A program made the position numbers and the translations under genes. Source: Oopsacas minuta (lineage: Eukaryota; Animalia; Porifera). From it: a DNA stretch of 64,000 bases. Positions 61,401 through 64,000 of the stretch are shown piece after piece. Every line of letters begins with the position of its first letter. Within the stretch, counting starts at the first letter, position 1. The stretch covers positions 1 to 64,000 of the forward strand of contig JAKMXF010000111.1 in NCBI GenBank assembly GCA_024704765.1, in the 5' to 3' direction. Under the pieces are notes generated by a model. The model was given only the letters and a program-made list of their open reading frames with translations. It searched no databases and was not told the origin of the DNA.

Positions 61401-64000
61401 GACCGGTGCCTGTGGCCTTGAAGGAGAGGGCTGCTGCTTAGCTTGAGGGGCAGCGGGTCGCATGGGTGATGGTTTAGCAGGTTCTGGAGATTCAGCGGTT
61501 TTCGTCACTTCAACTTGTGTTTCAGCTAAATCAGATGGGTAGAATGCTTTAGGTTGTGCCGGCGCTTTACGTATTGAAGGTTTTTTGGTAACAACCGGGG
61601 GTGGAACAGCTGTCTCCGTTGTATCTGGTATTTTGCCTGGCCTAGGGGGAGGCGGATGTCGCCCAGCTGGAGCTGATTTAACCACTGGCTTTTCTGCTTC
61701 TTTCACAAGGATATTCGACAGGAAAATATCAGAAGGGGGAGACGTTGGTCTTATTGGGGGTCTATCGTCCGTTTTAGCTGTTACAGGAGGCTGACTTGGT
61801 CGAGTAGGGGAGCTGATCTCATTCTCAGGCGAATCAGAGATATCTAGATTAACGTAATTCTGAGGTTTAGGAGGGACAGGCTTAGAGGTAATGGGAGGAG
61901 GTCTGGCCCTAGGAGGTAGCGCTTTATCGTCGCTATTTTCACCTGGAGGTGGTCTTGTGACTAAATAATAAGGATGTGATTGTGTTATAGGCTCGGAGGA
62001 TATAATAGTTATATCTTTATTAATTAATGTTTGTTTGGGTTGTTTATTTGTTGTTGGTGGCGGGTTAGATGCATATTGCGGTGGTTTGGGTGGTGGAGGT
62101 CGTTGGGTACTAGATTTCCTGCCTGGCGGATGGTTGGGAGGTAAAGGAGGTGGTCCTCTTGATGATGGAATTACAGTTTGCTCCTCGGTCATATTAAACT
62201 ATATTATAATATCAGATTCTTATATTATTAATATACTTTCATTTTATGCATAAAGATGTATAAGATGGTGATATAACCATGGATATATAGCTGAATTGGT
62301 AGATTTATTAGCGCCAATTTGGAGAGAAATTATTAGGCAAAAAAGTGGGAGAGGAATGTCAATATATATTGGGATAATTGTCCGCTTAAAATTAGGACAT
62401 TACATCACAATTTGCACAAAATTAAAAAATTAAGCATAATTATAATTATGGCTGTAAGAAACGGTTGGCACCATATATGTGTAGGAAACCTGACCAATTG
62501 AAATATACTTGCTATGTCCTTGTTAATCATACAGTAACAGTCAGGATTACTTAATTTGAACTTATAGATACCAACCTGTGAAATTCCTTCTAAAATCCGT
62601 GAGAATTGGCATCCCTGTGACCCTGACTGTATAATAATTACCCCTTACAACCGAATAAATACATATACCCCATAAAGACTACTACAGATATAAACCAGTA
62701 GAGTACAATATTTGGGGCCCTTATGAATAAATAATATTATAATATAAGTGTCTACTAACCTGCATCACAAAGTGTTCCCATAAATCCAGGAGAACAATCA
62801 CAAGTATAACTACCAACTGAATTTTGACAAATACCATATTCACAGCTTGAAGTAGGACAATTATCGATAACTATAAATTGATGAACAATGAATATTTGTA
62901 CAGTGTGAGCCTGTTATAAGAACACCATTGGGAGTATCAATACGTGTTCTTATAACAGGTATAAGTATACAGGAATATGTGAGAACCGTTTTCCAGGGGA
63001 TGGTGCTTATATCAGGTATCCATTCTATAGTTTTTGACAAAAAAGGTTTCCTATGCTTATCAGATATTCAACCATGGATGGGGAAATTCGTATATTTTAC
63101 GCTATATAGAATTCCTTCTCCGAACAAGAGAGAGTGCTTCAAAATTACCTAAATAACATCCAAGCAGATAAAGGAAATCCAGTATCCATGGTTAAACATG
63201 TAATAAGCATACAGGGGGCATCATTACGTCATAACATTATAATTGTAAGGCACTTACCTTCTGTACAATTCTTGTCTTCATATCCGTTATCACAAACACA
63301 ATCATAATCTGTCATATGATTAGTACATCCTCCATTTACACATGGATCTGGATTACAGAGATCTATACCTAAACACAATAGATTCTGATAAATAAGTACT
63401 TAACTGGGATTCCAAGAAGGTTATCAAGTCTGTAAATCTATGTAGAAATTAACAAACCTGTTTCACAATTTATGCCAGTATACCCATCAGTACATGTACA
63501 CATAGAAGCATTGATACCAGTAGTAGTGCATACGCCATCGTTACAGACCTGGGGGTTGTGATCACAGAACGCAAGATCTATAAATAGGAGCGAATCAATT
63601 CGTAAAGTTGTTCTGAAAATTACTGGAATTTTTCATAAATTTAATACAACAACTCCAGTTATCGAACACGAATATATCAAAGACTCAAACTGTACAAATA
63701 TGGTCTCAAAACGTTAAAGTAACATAATTCAAAGGTTATACCGAAATAATTATTACTGGTCCCTTGAGCTTAGAGCCTTAGACATAACGGGAGTTGTCTG
63801 TAATTCATAAATCCATAGTCCAAATAAAAAAACTTACCATTCTGACAGTTGTTTCCTGAGTAATCAGGGTTACATTTACAGTTGAAAGGACCATCACAGA
63901 ATCCACCAGAAGGATCTAATAACCAATCACAATAATTTTATATAAACAAAGATTATACGTATATTGAATCTGTTACAAACCGCAATTCATTCTGGGTATA
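55460..64000 (-). CDS. Type-I membrane protein with many Ca-binding EGF repeats (Delta/Notch-ligand-like ectodomain); 5' part lies beyond the window
   Basis: EGF exons about 63920-63840, 63575-63258, 59977-59865, 59640-59525, 59395-59250, 58990-58765, 58705-58565, 58440-58290, 58225-58105, 58050-57935, 57545-57320; micro-exon about 57180-57150; TM exon about 56610-56478; tail exon 55870-55460. All checked junctions are phase 1. Confidence 0.85.
60096..62192 (-). CDS. SH3D19: SH3D19/EVE-1-like protein: Pro-rich N-terminus + five SH3 domains, intronless, nested
   Basis: 698-aa ORF. PRPEPGHPLYKY motif followed by 5 SH3 domains (e.g. AMHDYNSVVDGDLSFKKGD, AKALYDYNENVSGDLCFKAGD...WYEGELDG). Confidence 0.9.
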   Translation of the reverse strand: MTEEQTVIPSSRGPPPLPPNHPPGRKSSTQRPPPPKPPQYASNPPPTTNKQPKQTLINKDITIISSEPITQSHPYYLVTRPPPGENSDDKALPPRARPPPITSKPVPPKPQNYVNLDISDSPENEISSPTRPSQPPVTAKTDDRPPIRPTSPPSDIFLSNILVKEAEKPVVKSAPAGRHPPPPRPGKIPDTTETAVPPPVVTKKPSIRKAPAQPKAFYPSDLAETQVEVTKTAESPEPAKPSPMRPAAPQAKQQPSPSRPQAPVKPAIAPVKHSAPAKPTRPGNPKPLKPNAPPLKQRPHDESARKAPSLPPRPEPGHPLYKYVCSEPHGFALVHYPTNQPDMLTISKGDFLILLEKVDDNWYYCANEGDSEGLVLGSNIKIVRRIPDEGGQIISADKPFAVAMHDYNSVVDGDLSFKKGDVIFLIRYLSDKWIEGECESTHAVGMFPKAQVEIVTDLEEGPPAPEDLMVGARAKVIFDFPGDQAGDLPLVKDSYVYLLDKLDGGWYKGSLAVGNKEGIFPEGFIEIIEALPEKELVKEPEPVPKIPAPTGYIGTAIYEFASGTDGDLSFNIGDVIHNITSVNDEWLQGELNGLKGIFPIGFIEEKLDFSPIETTPKTAHEISPVKTSTKTTQFHDEFLPRAKALYDYNENVSGDLCFKAGDMICLLKKLNEEWYEGELDGSVGNLPAAFVEVIVPLP
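62901..63025. mobile_element. MITE family 3 (CAGTG..GTTATAAGAACAC ends, internal inverted repeat)
   Basis: Near-identical reverse-complement copy at about 11140-11262. Related copies at about 7550-7650, 10326-10430, 15950-16010, 32168-32220, 44314-44703. Confidence 0.85.

Noticed and set aside
55460-64000. Notch or Crumbs call for the EGF gene
   Set aside because: No LNR repeats before the TM, no RAM/ankyrin in the tail, and no C-terminal ERLI. A DSL domain cannot be assessed because the 5' end is outside the window.
1-64000. tRNA/rRNA genes, SL RNA gene, autonomous transposase or RT ORFs, bacterial HGT
   Set aside because: No recognisable tRNA/rRNA motifs, leader plus Sm-site gene, or DDE/RT ORF was seen. 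All genes look metazoan. A covariance-model scan would be needed to exclude small RNAs.

Overview
AT-rich, gene-dense eukaryotic (animal) genomic DNA with short GT-AG introns. The gene set (TANGO1, prominin, DAPP1, LRRK-type Roco, CNC-bZIPs, EGF-repeat membrane protein), the compactness and the nested gene fit an early-branching metazoan, plausibly a glass sponge; the taxon is an inference. The window opens with a 397-bp tandem repeat and a 34-bp palindromic minisatellite. About 19 protein-coding genes follow, 18 of them on the minus strand: PH adaptor, BTB-BACK-PDZ-PDZ, CNC-bZIP (the only + strand gene), DAPP1, ankyrin-TRP channel, eh1/CNC-bZIP, pyruvate kinase, LRRK-like Roco, OSBPL9, BROX, CFAP96, PTP4A, MIA3/TANGO1, SNU13, SLC12A9, JAKMIP-like, prominin, an EGF-repeat type-I membrane protein and SH3D19. 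Introns carry at least five MITE families. Main observations: (1) intronless SH3D19 is nested on the SAME strand inside an intron of the EGF gene; (2) the co-oriented gene array has unpaired splice acceptors just before most start codons, suggesting trans-splicing or operons; (3) a Harbinger-type MITE sits just upstream of four genes; (4) a BTB-BACK protein has Scribble-like PDZs instead of Kelch; (5) the Roco protein has both kinase and GTPase motifs degenerate; (6) a bZIP carries an eh1 motif; (7) the palindrome TGACGTCA is strongly over-represented, often at intron edges. Exon coordinates were read by eye; some are approximate.
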